Of a stretch of DNA of 64,000 nt, positions 46,191 to 56,584 are shown piece after piece (positions within the stretch are counted from its first letter, which is position 1; each line of letters begins with the position of its first letter). Made by a program: the position numbers and the translations under genes. The notes beneath the pieces were generated by a model, which saw nothing but the letters and a program-made list of their open reading frames with translations, ran no database searches and was not told the origin of the DNA. The DNA lies in assembly GCA_050951545.1 (NCBI GenBank), contig JBMNJG010000012.1:352001-416000 (forward strand). Reading direction: 5' to 3'. This stretch comes from Limnochordia bacterium. Its GTDB lineage: Bacteria; Bacillota; Limnochordia; DTU080.

Positions 46191-47675
46191 GTGTCGCACG
46201 AAAGGAACTGGGTTCTTTCATTGGATGTCGGTACGTCCTCCGTCACAGCTGGCGGTTACGACTGCACTGGTCGGCTGCTGCCCGGATTGGCGGCCTCTGC
46301 TCGCCATGCCCCCACTACCACTTCGGACGGTGGATGCGAGTTTCGGGCCGGGGAACTCCTCACAAGGTGTCTGCGCGTCCTGCGCACGGCACTGGATACC
46401 CAGGCGTTCATTCAGCCACCACTAGCTGTTGCTTTCTCTAGTTTCTGGCACAGTCTCGTCGGTCTTGACGCTGGAGGCGAAGCGATAACCCCTGTCTTTC
46501 TCTGGGCTGATACCCGCAGTGCCAAGCAGGTAGAGCGCCTACGCAAGCATCTGGATGAGAAAGCGTGTCATGCTCGCACAGGCTGCGTCTTTCACACCAG
46601 CTATCTACCTGCTCGCTTGCTCTGGTTTCGGGAGCAAGAGCCGCAGCAGTGGGCCAAGGTACGCCACTGGGTCTCTTTCGGCGACTACGCCTACTGGCAG
46701 CTTTTTCAGGAGCTTCTGACCAGCTTCTCCATGGCCTCAGGTAGTGGTCTGTTTGATCAGAACAGACTGGCTTGGGATGCGCAGCTGTGTGCAGCAGCAG
46801 GCGTCAACACCAGGTGCTTGCCGGAACTGGTGGATCTGAATCGGTTTTGTCACGGTCTGCGTGGAGAGTACCGCATATACCTCCCAGAACTGGCTGATAT
46901 TCCCTGGTTTCCTGCAGTAGGCGATGGTGCGTGCAGCAACGTCGGTTCTGGATGTGCTCTCGCCCAGCGCATGGCCCTTATGGTCGGAACCAGTGGCGCG
47001 ATGCGTTGTATTCTGCAACAGCCCCACCTTCTCCCGCCGCCGGGCCTGTGGTGCTACCGCCTTGACACCAAGCGCTTTGTTGTCGGCGGCGCTTTGAGTA
47101 ATGGTGGCAATCTTTTCTCTTGGCTACATGACTCGCTGCGCTTGCCCGCGCTTGAAGAGACAGAGTCCGAGCTAGCTGCCATGGCTCCAGATAGTCATGG
47201 CTTGACTCTGCTGCCCTATTGGGCTGGCGAACGCTCACCTGGGTGGGCGGCCCATGCCACCGGAGCCATTGTGGGACTGCGCTTGCATACGAGGCCCGTG
47301 GATGTGATGCGGGCGGCGCTGGAAGCTGTCGCCTTCCGCTTCGCGGCCATCCATGAACGCCTGCGAGATGCTGCACCGCAGGCAGAGCTCCTGGTAGCCA
47401 CGGGTGGTGCCCTCTTGCGCTCGCCAGCATGGATGCAGATCATGGCGGACGCTCTCGGCACCGCTGTGCAAGCATCAGCAGAGCCGGAGGCTAGCCGCCG
47501 CGGTGCCGCCCTGCTGGCACTGGAAAGCCTGGGGGTGCTGGGGAGCGCAGCCGATGCTCCTACGCCTTCTGGCCAGCGTTTCGAGCCTCGAGAGGCCTTC
47601 ACCAGACGCTACCGCGCAGCTCGCCTCCGGCAGGAACAGGTCTATCGGCAGCTAGTGAGTATCCGCATCCAATGA
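46191..47675 (+). CDS. gntK: gluconokinase (FGGY family)
   Basis: LDVGTSS, WADTR, GDGACSNVG, GTSGAMR, LWCY and GERSPGW motifs. Confidence 0.85.
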   Translation: MSHERNWVLSLDVGTSSVTAGGYDCTGRLLPGLAASARHAPTTTSDGGCEFRAGELLTRCLRVLRTALDTQAFIQPPLAVAFSSFWHSLVGLDAGGEAITPVFLWADTRSAKQVERLRKHLDEKACHARTGCVFHTSYLPARLLWFREQEPQQWAKVRHWVSFGDYAYWQLFQELLTSFSMASGSGLFDQNRLAWDAQLCAAAGVNTRCLPELVDLNRFCHGLRGEYRIYLPELADIPWFPAVGDGACSNVGSGCALAQRMALMVGTSGAMRCILQQPHLLPPPGLWCYRLDTKRFVVGGALSNGGNLFSWLHDSLRLPALEETESELAAMAPDSHGLTLLPYWAGERSPGWAAHATGAIVGLRLHTRPVDVMRAALEAVAFRFAAIHERLRDAAPQAELLVATGGALLRSPAWMQIMADALGTAVQASAEPEASRRGAALLALESLGVLGSAADAPTPSGQRFEPREAFTRRYRAARLRQEQVYRQLVSIRIQ

Positions 47676-48923
47676 GGTCGTCGTACCAGGCGCCTCTTCC
47701 CTTTCGGCCCGCATCTTTTGGGCTACTACGCGCCATAGGTCGGGGTCTTCCATCCCCGCACGCCACAGGGTAAACCCTCTCAGCTGGTAACGCTGCATCG
47801 TGTCCAGCTTCCAAGAGCTGCTAGCCGCGTCTTCAAACCATACCTTGTGCATGGTTCCGTTGCTGCCGCCATATTGGTACATGGGCACCTGGCCCCTGGC
47901 GTCCCACCCCAAGACGGCTTCGCCTCGCCATATGGGACCCATCGCGGCGGCGTAGTCCAGGTAAACTGGCTTCTTGTTCCCTTCAGTCCACCGAAATCCG
48001 TACGCGGGTATTCCCAGAAGAATCTTGTGTGGTGGTACTTCCCGGACCGCGTACTCCACCACGCGCTCCGCCCACCCTGCAGAGGCGATAGGGCCACCTG
48101 TATCGCTTGCCCAACCGTGTTCATCGTAGGTCATTAGCATCAGACGATCTACGATCGCCCCCAAGGCAGCGTAGTCGTAGCCTCCAGACCAACCGTTTGA
48201 GGGGTCGTCACTGGTCTTGGCAGGTATCGAGAGGCTGACCCGGATATTCTCGCGCTGAAGAGCCGTGGCGATGATCTCGACAAACGCCGTAAACTGATGC
48301 CGCAACCGGGGTGGCACGAATTCGACGTCTATGTTGATCCCATCGAATTGCATATGCGTTGCCAGGGCAACGAGTTCCTCGGCCAGCCGCGCGCTCAGCC
48401 GTTGGTCCGCAAGCAGTCGAGTGGCGACCTCCTGGCTTGTCGCACTCGATCCATATAACAGATTGTGAAACAGAGCCTCTACCTTCACTCCGTGACTATG
48501 TGCCAGATCTGTGACGCCCTGAATCTCATGTTCGGGACTGTTCGACATGGGTACTACTCTCGCAGGATCGTGACGATCGATTTGATACCAGAAACCCGTG
48601 ATGTAGCTGATCTTATCGTGATGCTGCCGCAGAACTTGTTCGGACCCGGGGATAGCTCCTTCTGGGCCGCAGTAGTAGATCACCACTTCGCGCTGAGGCA
48701 AGACAGGACCCGGCTTTGGATCGCCTGGACTCTCGTCCTTTGGTGGGCCGGGCACTTGCTCGCTTTCGTCTGTCGGAGGCTTAGGCACGTGCTCGCCCCG
48801 ACCTAGGGAGAGCCCTGGAAGCCAGGTGCAACCAGACAGTGCCCCTGCTGCACAGAGTATGAGAATCACAAGACAAGGTGACCATCGTGGTACTCGGTTC
48901 TTGAGCAACGGCGTCTCCTCCAC
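47652..48923 (-). CDS. GH18 glycosyl hydrolase lipoprotein (YaaH/YdhD-like)
   Basis: Lipobox LSGC, Pro-rich linker, FDGINIDVE catalytic motif, MTYDEH and LGIPAYG. Confidence 0.85.
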   Translation of the reverse strand: MEETPLLKNRVPRWSPCLVILILCAAGALSGCTWLPGLSLGRGEHVPKPPTDESEQVPGPPKDESPGDPKPGPVLPQREVVIYYCGPEGAIPGSEQVLRQHHDKISYITGFWYQIDRHDPARVVPMSNSPEHEIQGVTDLAHSHGVKVEALFHNLLYGSSATSQEVATRLLADQRLSARLAEELVALATHMQFDGINIDVEFVPPRLRHQFTAFVEIIATALQRENIRVSLSIPAKTSDDPSNGWSGGYDYAALGAIVDRLMLMTYDEHGWASDTGGPIASAGWAERVVEYAVREVPPHKILLGIPAYGFRWTEGNKKPVYLDYAAAMGPIWRGEAVLGWDARGQVPMYQYGGSNGTMHKVWFEDAASSSWKLDTMQRYQLRGFTLWRAGMEDPDLWRVVAQKMRAEREEAPGTTTSLDADTH

Positions 48924-49053
48924 TGGACATGTTTGCCTGAATGTCTACATACAGGCATTACGTCCTGGAAGAGAGCGCATCCTTCAGGAAAGAAATGCTA
49001 CCTAAGCAGCCGCAATATCCCTATTCCTCCCTAAGTCCATATTGGTAACAAAA

Positions 49054-50268
49054 TCACTGCCAGGTATCCGCGGTAAGACAGGTTGCCACGTGCTGATCAA
49101 GAACGTAGTTCGCCGCGCCCAGCGCGCCACCGATTTCGGGTAATTGTGCTATGGCTACTTCCGTAGCGGCTGCCAAGGAGCCAAGTGCCCTTTGGCGCAT
49201 CGTCCGGGTGGCGGCGGCCACGTAGTGTCTGCTGTTACGCGGAACCGATCCTCCGAGAACAATCACTTCAGGGTTGAGGATATTGACCAGATTGGAGAGT
49301 GCCACGCCCAGATAGCTACCAGCTTCTTCCACGACAGCGATCGCCAGAGGGTCGCCTTCCTCTGCTTCGCGGCACACGTCAACGGCTCGTAGCAGCTGCA
49401 CATCGAACCCGGGTCCGGGCACCAGGCTGCTGCGTTCTCCAACTCGGATGCGCCATCTCGCCTCTTGCAGTAAAGCGGGGCCAGCCGCCATGACCTGCAG
49501 ACAGCCGCGATTGCCACAGGAACACAGCGGCCCATCCATGTCTAACGTGGTGTGTCCCACTTCACCCGCTCCACCCAATGCGCCGGGTACGAGCTGCCCT
49601 TGGACAAACACGCCAGCTGCAATTCCCGTGCCGACTCCGACATAGACCACTTCCTTGTGGTACTTGGCCGCACCAAAACGGCACTCAGCCAACCCTCGCG
49701 CTCTGTGGCGGTTAAGGATGACTACGGGCCAGCCAGTTACGCGACCAACCGCCTCACTCATGGCGATGTCCGACCAGCCGACGTCGGCGGCCACTCGAAT
49801 GACACCATTCTTGCTATCGACCAAACCTGGCACACCCAATCCGAGCAAAGGCACGATAGATACGTCGATTTCCTGCATAAACTGTGGTAACACCTGTGTG
49901 AGAGCTTCAACAGCCGCTTCGGCAGATTGGTCGTGTGCACTTATCTGTGACATCTTCAGCGTATGTCCGAGGAGATCAAATGCAGCAATGGTCCAGTTTT
50001 GGTCATCCAGATCGGCGCCGATAATCGCCCGCGTTCCCGCGGCTAACTCCACGTTGACAGCTGGTCGCCCTCCAGTGACTTGCCGGTCATCTGTCTCGAC
50101 AACCAGCCCGCTTTGGATCATTTGCGCCACTGCCACGGAGATAGTGGCCCTGCTCAGGCCAGTCACCTGTGCGAGGCGGCTTCGTGGCATAGCCCCATGT
50201 ATGCGCAAGGCCTGCAAGAGAGTAGCCTTGCTTCCGGTGCGAGAGACTGAGTTCATCGTCTGTGACAT
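49054..50268 (-). CDS. ROK family transcriptional regulator
   Basis: N-terminal HTH (SRLAQVTGLSRAT), GGRP, GEVGH and CSCGNRGCL motifs. Confidence 0.9.
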   Translation of the reverse strand: MSQTMNSVSRTGSKATLLQALRIHGAMPRSRLAQVTGLSRATISVAVAQMIQSGLVVETDDRQVTGGRPAVNVELAAGTRAIIGADLDDQNWTIAAFDLLGHTLKMSQISAHDQSAEAAVEALTQVLPQFMQEIDVSIVPLLGLGVPGLVDSKNGVIRVAADVGWSDIAMSEAVGRVTGWPVVILNRHRARGLAECRFGAAKYHKEVVYVGVGTGIAAGVFVQGQLVPGALGGAGEVGHTTLDMDGPLCSCGNRGCLQVMAAGPALLQEARWRIRVGERSSLVPGPGFDVQLLRAVDVCREAEEGDPLAIAVVEEAGSYLGVALSNLVNILNPEVIVLGGSVPRNSRHYVAAATRTMRQRALGSLAAATEVAIAQLPEIGGALGAANYVLDQHVATCLTADTWQ

Positions 50269-50417
50269 CGGTGTCGTGAACAACTCCTGACGTGAGAATA
50301 TCAAAAATCTAAGCGAGAGCCCTGACCGCGGGGCGCGTTCACATACTAACAAACCACCATCAGGAGGGCAAGCGGAATACCGCCTGAAGAGACGGTGAGC
50401 ACGCTCTTCAGGGTCAC

Positions 50418-50459
50418 CTTAATTCGTATATTGACATAAGCAAGCGGCTCCTGTATGGT
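50418..50459 (+). promoter_or_regulatory. sigma-A-like promoter with overlapping candidate ROK operator
   Basis: TTGACA-N17-TATGGT at 50431-50459. The imperfect palindrome CTTAATTCGTATATTGACATAAG overlaps the -35. Confidence 0.5.
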
Positions 50460-50578
50460 GGAAGTAACGCTTGAAAGAGGTACGCGTGTCGGCGGCCAAC
50501 CAGGTGAAGATGGCGAACACTGGAGCAGCCGCTGGCATGCCCGCACAGCACAGACACGATTTTGAGGGGAGGGCACGC

Positions 50579-51628
50579 ATGGACTCTGTGCGTTTCGCGG
50601 TGATTGGCTGTGGCAACATTAGCCAGGCGCACGTGCATGCTATTCAGAGGACCGAGGGTGCGAGTTTGGCAGCTGTTGTGGATATTGCTGAACCCCGGGC
50701 TCGTGAGGTCGCCAACCGAACTGGCTGTCGCTGGTATACTTCGCTCGAAGCCCTATTAAACGACAGCATCACCATTGATGCCGTTAGCATCTGTACCGCC
50801 AGCGGTCTGCATATGGAACCTGCAATGCAGGCTGCAAGTGCAGGGAAGCACGTGCTGGTAGAGAAGCCCTTGGAGACTACTGTGGAGCGGTGTAATGCTA
50901 TCATCCGGGCTTGTGAGGAGAACAACGTGCTCTTGGGCGGCGTGTTCCAGAGTCGCTTTTTTCCCGGCAATCTACTCGTCAAACGGGCCGCTGCCAGCGG
51001 GGCGTTTGGCCGTTTGCTGCTTGGAGAAGCAGCCGTGAAGTGGTTTCGACCCAAGAACTACTTTACCAGTGCTGGTTGGCGCGGAACCTGGCGCTTTGAC
51101 GGTGGTGGTGCGCTCATGAATCAGGGCATACATCAAGTGGACTTGCTGCAATGGATTATGGGACCCGTAGCTTCGGTACACGCCACTACTCGCCGCATGG
51201 TCCATGAGTCCATCGAGGTGGAGGATCTTGCGGTAGCGCTTCTGCAGTTCACCAACGGTGCTGTGGGCGTTGTTGAGGCCAGTACAGCCATCATGCCCGG
51301 CTATCCAAAACGCCTGGAGATCCACGGTTCGGATGGTGGTGCCATCGTTGAGGATGATATCATCCTGCAGAGCACTGGAATCACCGAGGGGCCTGAGTTG
51401 TTGAGCGCGCAGCAGAAGCAGGTTCAGACAAGCACGTTCTCTGATCCAATGGCCATGTCATTTGCAGGACATGAAAGGCAGGTAGCCGATTTTGTCCAGG
51501 CCATCCGATCTGGCGGCACTCCCATCGTCACTGGCAGAGAAGCCCGCAAGGCAGTCGAGATCGTGACGGCAGTCTATGAATCCGCTCGCACTGGCAAGAC
51601 TGTGGAGCTGAATACAGGCTCCCATTAG
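50579..51628 (+). CDS. Gfo/Idh/MocA family oxidoreductase
   Basis: VIGCGNI, VEKPL and WRGTW..DGGGALMNQGIH motifs. Confidence 0.92.
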   Translation: MDSVRFAVIGCGNISQAHVHAIQRTEGASLAAVVDIAEPRAREVANRTGCRWYTSLEALLNDSITIDAVSICTASGLHMEPAMQAASAGKHVLVEKPLETTVERCNAIIRACEENNVLLGGVFQSRFFPGNLLVKRAAASGAFGRLLLGEAAVKWFRPKNYFTSAGWRGTWRFDGGGALMNQGIHQVDLLQWIMGPVASVHATTRRMVHESIEVEDLAVALLQFTNGAVGVVEASTAIMPGYPKRLEIHGSDGGAIVEDDIILQSTGITEGPELLSAQQKQVQTSTFSDPMAMSFAGHERQVADFVQAIRSGGTPIVTGREARKAVEIVTAVYESARTGKTVELNTGSH

Positions 51629-51888
51629 GATGGTGCATCGGTGGGCGCCGTGCCCATGGTCGTCGTGTCCCCTCGAATGGGTTGGCCACGGAGATCGAAC
51701 TGCGCTGTCTCCTTGAGCAAGTCATCCAGGAGCCGCACTTGCTCTTCCTTCAGACGGATGATGCGCAGGACTTTCTCTCGTAGCTGGCCTGCTCTTGTAT
51801 GAAGCAATAGTTCGCTGTAATCATGCCGTAGCAGCAAGCGCTCGAGCAAGAGCAGTTTTTCGGTCAAGTGATCATGCACAGCCGACAC
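51625..51888 (-). CDS. small coiled-coil hypothetical protein
   Basis: 87-aa helical ORF directly downstream of the 51899 ORF. Confidence 0.45.
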   Translation of the reverse strand: MSAVHDHLTEKLLLLERLLLRHDYSELLLHTRAGQLREKVLRIIRLKEEQVRLLDDLLKETAQFDLRGQPIRGDTTTMGTAPTDAPS

Positions 51889-51898
51889 CTCCGGTCAG

Positions 51899-52219
51899 CT
51901 ACTGCGTCAGCAAGTAGTCGTTCATCCAGCGTGTGCGCGGAGCTGCAGCCATCTCTCGCACACATCCAATCATGAAGTGGATGCGCAGAAACTCAGGAAA
52001 CCAGTGGACCGCGATCACTTCACCGTCAGCAACATGCAGGGCATGCCCGTCGTCGCCCAACAAGAAGACATGGATCTGGCCATGATCGCTACTCCGTTTC
52101 ATTTCGCGTAGAAGCTCCGGGCTGATCTGGCTTTCCGCGTAGGCCAAGTGATAGAAGCCACCAGGTCCTATCTTCTTCATGTTCTCTAGCACCCACACCC
52201 GTCGAATCGCGGCCTGCAT
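51899..52219 (-). CDS. hypothetical protein
   Basis: ATG at 52219 after GGAGGG; natural-looking globular sequence. Confidence 0.55.
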   Translation of the reverse strand: MQAAIRRVWVLENMKKIGPGGFYHLAYAESQISPELLREMKRSSDHGQIHVFLLGDDGHALHVADGEVIAVHWFPEFLRIHFMIGCVREMAAAPRTRWMNDYLLTQ

Positions 52220-52282
52220 ATGCTTTCCCTCCACCCTAGCATATGACAAGCGAAAGGCCGGGGTGTCAGATCATTCAAAGAC

Positions 52283-52316
52283 AAGAGAGCGGGACGCTTT
52301 GTGTGCCCGCTCTCTT
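52283..52316 (-). terminator. intrinsic terminator
   Basis: AAGAGAGCGGG...CCCGCTCTCTT stem downstream of the 52345 gene. Confidence 0.6.
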
Positions 52317-52344
52317 CTTGATCGCCCTGTGCGTTCGAGTGCCT

Positions 52345-53340
52345 CTAGCCTTGATCGCGCATCCCTGACTCAAACCCGATAGTCGAGGCCGGAAAATCCA
52401 CTTCACGCATGAACTGTACCGCTTCGGCAGCACCATGTTCACGGTCCATGCCACTATCTTCCCACTCCACAGAGAGTGGTCCGTCATAGCCAATCTGGTT
52501 CAAAGCACGAATGATCTCCTCGAAGTTTACCTCTCCTCGACCTGGTGAGCGGAAATCCCACCCTCGTCGCGGATCGCCGAAGGGCAGATGTGAGGCCAGA
52601 ATCCCTGTCCGGCCATCGAGGTTGGTGATGGCATCCTTGGCATGCACGTGGAAGATGCGGTCGGGAAACTCCCGAATGAACTGCACAGGATCAACCATCT
52701 GCCAAAGAAGGTGGCTCGGGTCGAAATTGAAGCCGAACGCTGGGTGATGGCCAACCGCCGTGAGAGCCATGTGTGTGGAGTAGATGTCGAAGGCAATCTC
52801 GGTAGGATGGACTTCTAGGGCAAACTTGATGCCGTTGTCCTGGAAGACATCCAGTATGGGCCCCCATCGCTCGGCGAAGAGGTCATAGCCCTTCTTGATA
52901 TCATCTGCATCAAGGGGCGGGAATGGATAGAACAGATGCCAGATCGACGAACCGGTGAAACCATTGACCACAGAGACACCCATGTTGCGAGCCGCAATCG
53001 CGGTCCGCTTCATCTCTTCGGCTGCCCATGCAGACTTCTCTTCTGGCTTGCCCCTGAGTTCCGCTGGTGCCCAGTCGTCCGAGCGGTGATCATTGGGATC
53101 CAAAACCATCTGGCCAGCAAGATGGTTGCTGATTGCCCACACCTTCAGTCCGTATTGGCCCAGGAGTGCCTTATGCTGCTCACAGTAGGCTTTGCTGGAG
53201 GCGCCCTGACCTACGTCGAAGTGGCCGCCCCAACAGGCCAACTCGAGCCCATCATAGCCCCATTTTGCTGCTTTCTGTGACAGAGTCTCCAAAGAGAGAT
53301 CGGTCCATTGCCCCGTGACCAGTGTGATCGGTCGTCCCAC
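52345..53340 (-). CDS. sugar phosphate isomerase/epimerase (IolE-like TIM barrel)
   Basis: TGQW.DL, GYDGLELACWG, EVHPTEIAFD, NFDPSH and SVEWED motifs. Confidence 0.88.
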   Translation of the reverse strand: MGRPITLVTGQWTDLSLETLSQKAAKWGYDGLELACWGGHFDVGQGASSKAYCEQHKALLGQYGLKVWAISNHLAGQMVLDPNDHRSDDWAPAELRGKPEEKSAWAAEEMKRTAIAARNMGVSVVNGFTGSSIWHLFYPFPPLDADDIKKGYDLFAERWGPILDVFQDNGIKFALEVHPTEIAFDIYSTHMALTAVGHHPAFGFNFDPSHLLWQMVDPVQFIREFPDRIFHVHAKDAITNLDGRTGILASHLPFGDPRRGWDFRSPGRGEVNFEEIIRALNQIGYDGPLSVEWEDSGMDREHGAAEAVQFMREVDFPASTIGFESGMRDQG

Positions 53341-53570
53341 GAGACTTCCCCCCAATTTCTGTGTATGTACTCAGTCTACCTAGTCTGAGCGGTTCCCTAT
53401 TCCCACCCGGTTTCCCTTCATGTGGGGCAGACGCGAAGAAGACGAACTGCTCTGAGCGCGATTGTGATATCATAGACACAATGAGCAATAAGCTCCTCCT
53501 GTGCGGAAATCCTGTTGGGTGCACGCACGAGGTAGCTGCACTTGATTAGCAGCCAGAGAGGGTGGGTATC

Positions 53571-53921
53571 TTGGTTACGGTCACAGAAAAAGCAAGCCAG
53601 CGCCTCAAGGAGGAGTTGGAGAAGGCCGGCCAGTCGGGCGTACGGCTTTACGTTCAACCCGGTGGATGCAGCGGCATCAGCTATGGAATGGCTTTGGACG
53701 AACCCCGTGATGATGATCTTGTCGTGGAACTGTCTGGATTCAAGATGTACATTGATCCTCTAAGTGGGCGCTATCTAAAAGGCGCAGAGGTCGGTTACGA
53801 AGAGTCAGCCACGGGTGGTACTTTCACCATCGACAACCCCAACGAAATACCCCATGCTGGTTGTGCTGGTTGTAGCAGCCGTTGCGGCCAGGCGCAAGAG
53901 GACGACCAAGACGACGAGTAG
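53571..53921 (+). CDS. HesB/IscA family Fe-S cluster assembly protein
   Basis: VTEKA, VRLYVQPGGCSGISY, F.IDNPN and C-terminal Cys residues. Confidence 0.85.
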   Translation: MVTVTEKASQRLKEELEKAGQSGVRLYVQPGGCSGISYGMALDEPRDDDLVVELSGFKMYIDPLSGRYLKGAEVGYEESATGGTFTIDNPNEIPHAGCAGCSSRCGQAQEDDQDDE

Positions 53922-53961
53922 TCTGTCTCGCCTTCAGAAGACGGCATTTGGACGCCCGAGG

Positions 53962-54630
53962 CTACTCCTCGGGCGTCTCTGCTGAGGCTTGCTGCGCGCT
54001 CTGTGTGGCCCTCTCCTCTCGCTTTCGGGCTTGGTCACAGGGCACTAGCGTAAGCCAGTTAGGCATTGCGGTAGGACGATCAGGACGACTGGGCAAGCGA
54101 ACACCTACAATAGCTTGAGCCTTTCTGCGAAAGCGCAGTCGCCAATGGGCGTTTCTAATCGGACGCAGTGGGCTGAGTGTGCGGTATGTGACTCGGGGAA
54201 CACCGTTAGCGGTGCGGGTGACAATGGCGCTGTGGTCAAATAGGCCGTCGCCATTCCAGTCATAGAAGACAAGATCACCTCTGCGCAGATTCCTCGCCAA
54301 TCGCGGTCTCCGCAACAGGTCCAATGCTCCGCCGTAGTTAATCGTCAGGTAACGGATCAGCAGCGAGGGCAGCGACCAGGTACATGACCACCAGTCATCG
54401 TTGTTTCCGTCGAAGCTATCGTCGCCGAGACGTCGGTACCACCATTCGGTGTCGTAGCCGACTGCTCGATAGTCCATTGTCCAGCCACCAGCGTGCAAGC
54501 ACTGCGATGTGAAGTTGGTGCAGTCACCGCCTCCGCCCATGGTATCCATGTTGGCATAAGCTGGGTTGGGATGGAATACATGCCTTAGTGCATATCGGAC
54601 AGCTGCGGCTCGGTTGAAGGTCACCCGCAT
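53962..54630 (-). CDS. putative amidase domain protein (Amidase_6-like)
   Basis: FNRAAAVRYA, GGDCTNFTSQCLHAGG and GDLVFYDWNGDG.FDHSAIV motifs. Confidence 0.8.
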   Translation of the reverse strand: MRVTFNRAAAVRYALRHVFHPNPAYANMDTMGGGGDCTNFTSQCLHAGGWTMDYRAVGYDTEWWYRRLGDDSFDGNNDDWWSCTWSLPSLLIRYLTINYGGALDLLRRPRLARNLRRGDLVFYDWNGDGLFDHSAIVTRTANGVPRVTYRTLSPLRPIRNAHWRLRFRRKAQAIVGVRLPSRPDRPTAMPNWLTLVPCDQARKREERATQSAQQASAETPEE

Positions 54631-54767
54631 GCCGTCACCTCCAGGTGTCGGTGGTCCCTTGCAGGTTATGTGCGTTGGGTCACGAAATGGAACGTAACAC
54701 CTAAGAAAGGGCCGTAACGTGGGAGGAAGCTTGCGCCCCAGCATCATAGGATAGGTTGCAGGGAGAG

Positions 54768-55019
54768 GTGATCGGATTGGCCCTTATCACCACTGGCGCG
54801 ATCTTCATACTGGCAGGTATCCTGGTTTCGCTCACAGGAATCGGGGCCGTGATTGGCGTCCCGTTGGCCGTGCTTGGGATCATTTTCGGCATCCTGGGTC
54901 TTGCTGGGGCTGCCGTTGCCGTTGTACTGGCCTTTATCAAGCTAGTACTCTTTATCTTGTTCTCACCGTTCATCCTTTGCCTTTGGTTACTGCGACTGCT
55001 CTGGCATCTAGTTTCGTGA
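54768..55019 (+). CDS. small hydrophobic membrane protein
   Basis: Almost entirely hydrophobic ORF (SLTGIGAVIGVPL) with a GGGAG RBS. Confidence 0.6.
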   Translation: MIGLALITTGAIFILAGILVSLTGIGAVIGVPLAVLGIIFGILGLAGAAVAVVLAFIKLVLFILFSPFILCLWLLRLLWHLVS

Positions 55020-55159
55020 CGGCCTGCCGATGCATGTAGGCCAGTCTCTCACAGGAAGCAAAAGGCATGGCTTCCCGTGTTGGTGACTACCGCCGCTGCG
55101 CCTTTTCAAGCGGCCACGGCGTCAGCACTCTCGCCTTAGCCACCGTGGCCGCCTTCTGC

Positions 55160-55831
55160 CTAGACTGGGGTGCCTCCGAACGCCTGGTGGATGACGGGGA
55201 ATCCTGCCGCCTCTAGGCCCTCAATCAGCCGAGCCGTGTCTTGGGTATCCACCTTCAACACAACCAGCGAGTGAGCTTCGCTCTGCTCCTCCTCGTCATC
55301 GAAAGCAGCGATCGCTAAGATACTGATCCCCAGGTCGCTCACCACGCGGGTCATTTTCGCCAAGACGCCTACACCATCCACTACTCGCAGGGTAATGCGC
55401 GCCCCTGGCGCTGGAGCATGCATTAAGTCAACAAAGGCGTCAAACAGGTCACGCTCTGTGACGATTCCAATCAGTTTGCCATCCTCGACTACAGGTAAGC
55501 CGCTGATGTGCAGATCGCGCATCAGAAGAGCGGCTTCCTCAACAGTGGCGGTTGGGCCAATCGCTACCGGATCAGCGGTCATCACCTCTTTGATGCGCAT
55601 TTTTGCCAGCAACGCGTTCTGTTCCCAGATCGACAGCGTTGTCGCCACCGAGGGAGAGATGCGCATCAGGTCAAGTTCAGTGACGATCCCTACCAGACGC
55701 TCGCCTCTGGTAACCAGAAGGCGACCGAAGTTACCTTTGCGCATGGCCTCCATGGCCTCACAGGCCGTCGTCTCTTCGGTTACGGTGACAGGGCTAGGCG
55801 TCATCACTGCCCTAACAAGCATTTGCCTCAC
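55160..55831 (-). CDS. CBS and ACT domain protein (AcuB-like)
   Basis: Tandem CBS domains (LVGIVTE, LIGIVTERD) and a C-terminal ACT domain; located at the end of the liv operon. Confidence 0.85.
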   Translation of the reverse strand: MRQMLVRAVMTPSPVTVTEETTACEAMEAMRKGNFGRLLVTRGERLVGIVTELDLMRISPSVATTLSIWEQNALLAKMRIKEVMTADPVAIGPTATVEEAALLMRDLHISGLPVVEDGKLIGIVTERDLFDAFVDLMHAPAPGARITLRVVDGVGVLAKMTRVVSDLGISILAIAAFDDEEEQSEAHSLVVLKVDTQDTARLIEGLEAAGFPVIHQAFGGTPV

Positions 55832-55873
55832 CTTCCAAAGATCCTAATCACGTTCACGGTCTCCGCAGCGGTA

Positions 55874-56584
55874 CTACCCACCCAAGTAAGCCTTTCTGAC
55901 CTCATCCATTGTCGCCACATCCCGTGCCTCTCCTGACAGAACCACTCGACCAGTCTCCAGCACATAGGCTCGGTTCGCAATAGAGAGTGCCATGCGCGCG
56001 TTTTGCTCCACAAGAAGCACAGTCGTTCCTGACGCATTGATCTCTTGAATGATCCGAAAGATCTCTCTCACCAACAGTGGTGCCAGCCCCATGCTTGGTT
56101 CATCCAGAAGCAGGAGGGTCGGCGAAGACATCAGACCGCGTCCTATGGCGAGCATCTGCTGCTCGCCACCGCTCAGTGTACCTGCTAACTGATGGCGACG
56201 CTCGTGAAGCCTAGGAAACAGCTCATAGACGTGCTTCATGTCTCGAGCCACGCCGACCCGGTCACGGTGCCGAAGGTAGGCGCCCAACTGCAGATTCACT
56301 TCGACAGACAAGTTCGCGAAGATCCGACGCCCCTCGGGAACCTGCACCACGCCCGCGGCAACGACCCTATGGGCTGGGAGGTTAGTGATATCGGTGTCTT
56401 GAAAGCAGATGGATCCGCTGCGGGCGTGCACCAGTCCGGAAATGCAGTTTAGGGTGCTGCTCTTCCCTGCCCCATTGGCACCGATAAGGGTAACGATCTC
56501 TCCCTGCTCAACCTCAATGGAGAGGTCCTTGAGAGCATGTATGCCCCCGCCGTAGTATACGTTGATCCCTCGGACTCTTAGCAC
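55874..56584 (-). CDS. livF: branched-chain amino acid ABC transporter ATPase
   Basis: GANGAGKS, VPEGRRIF, LSGGEQQM and DEPSMGLAP motifs. Confidence 0.93.
   Translation of the reverse strand: MLRVRGINVYYGGGIHALKDLSIEVEQGEIVTLIGANGAGKSSTLNCISGLVHARSGSICFQDTDITNLPAHRVVAAGVVQVPEGRRIFANLSVEVNLQLGAYLRHRDRVGVARDMKHVYELFPRLHERRHQLAGTLSGGEQQMLAIGRGLMSSPTLLLLDEPSMGLAPLLVREIFRIIQEINASGTTVLLVEQNARMALSIANRAYVLETGRVVLSGEARDVATMDEVRKAYLGG

Noticed and set aside
53562-53921. Selenocysteine-containing HesB
   Set aside because: The relevant codons are TGC/TGT, with no in-frame TGA.
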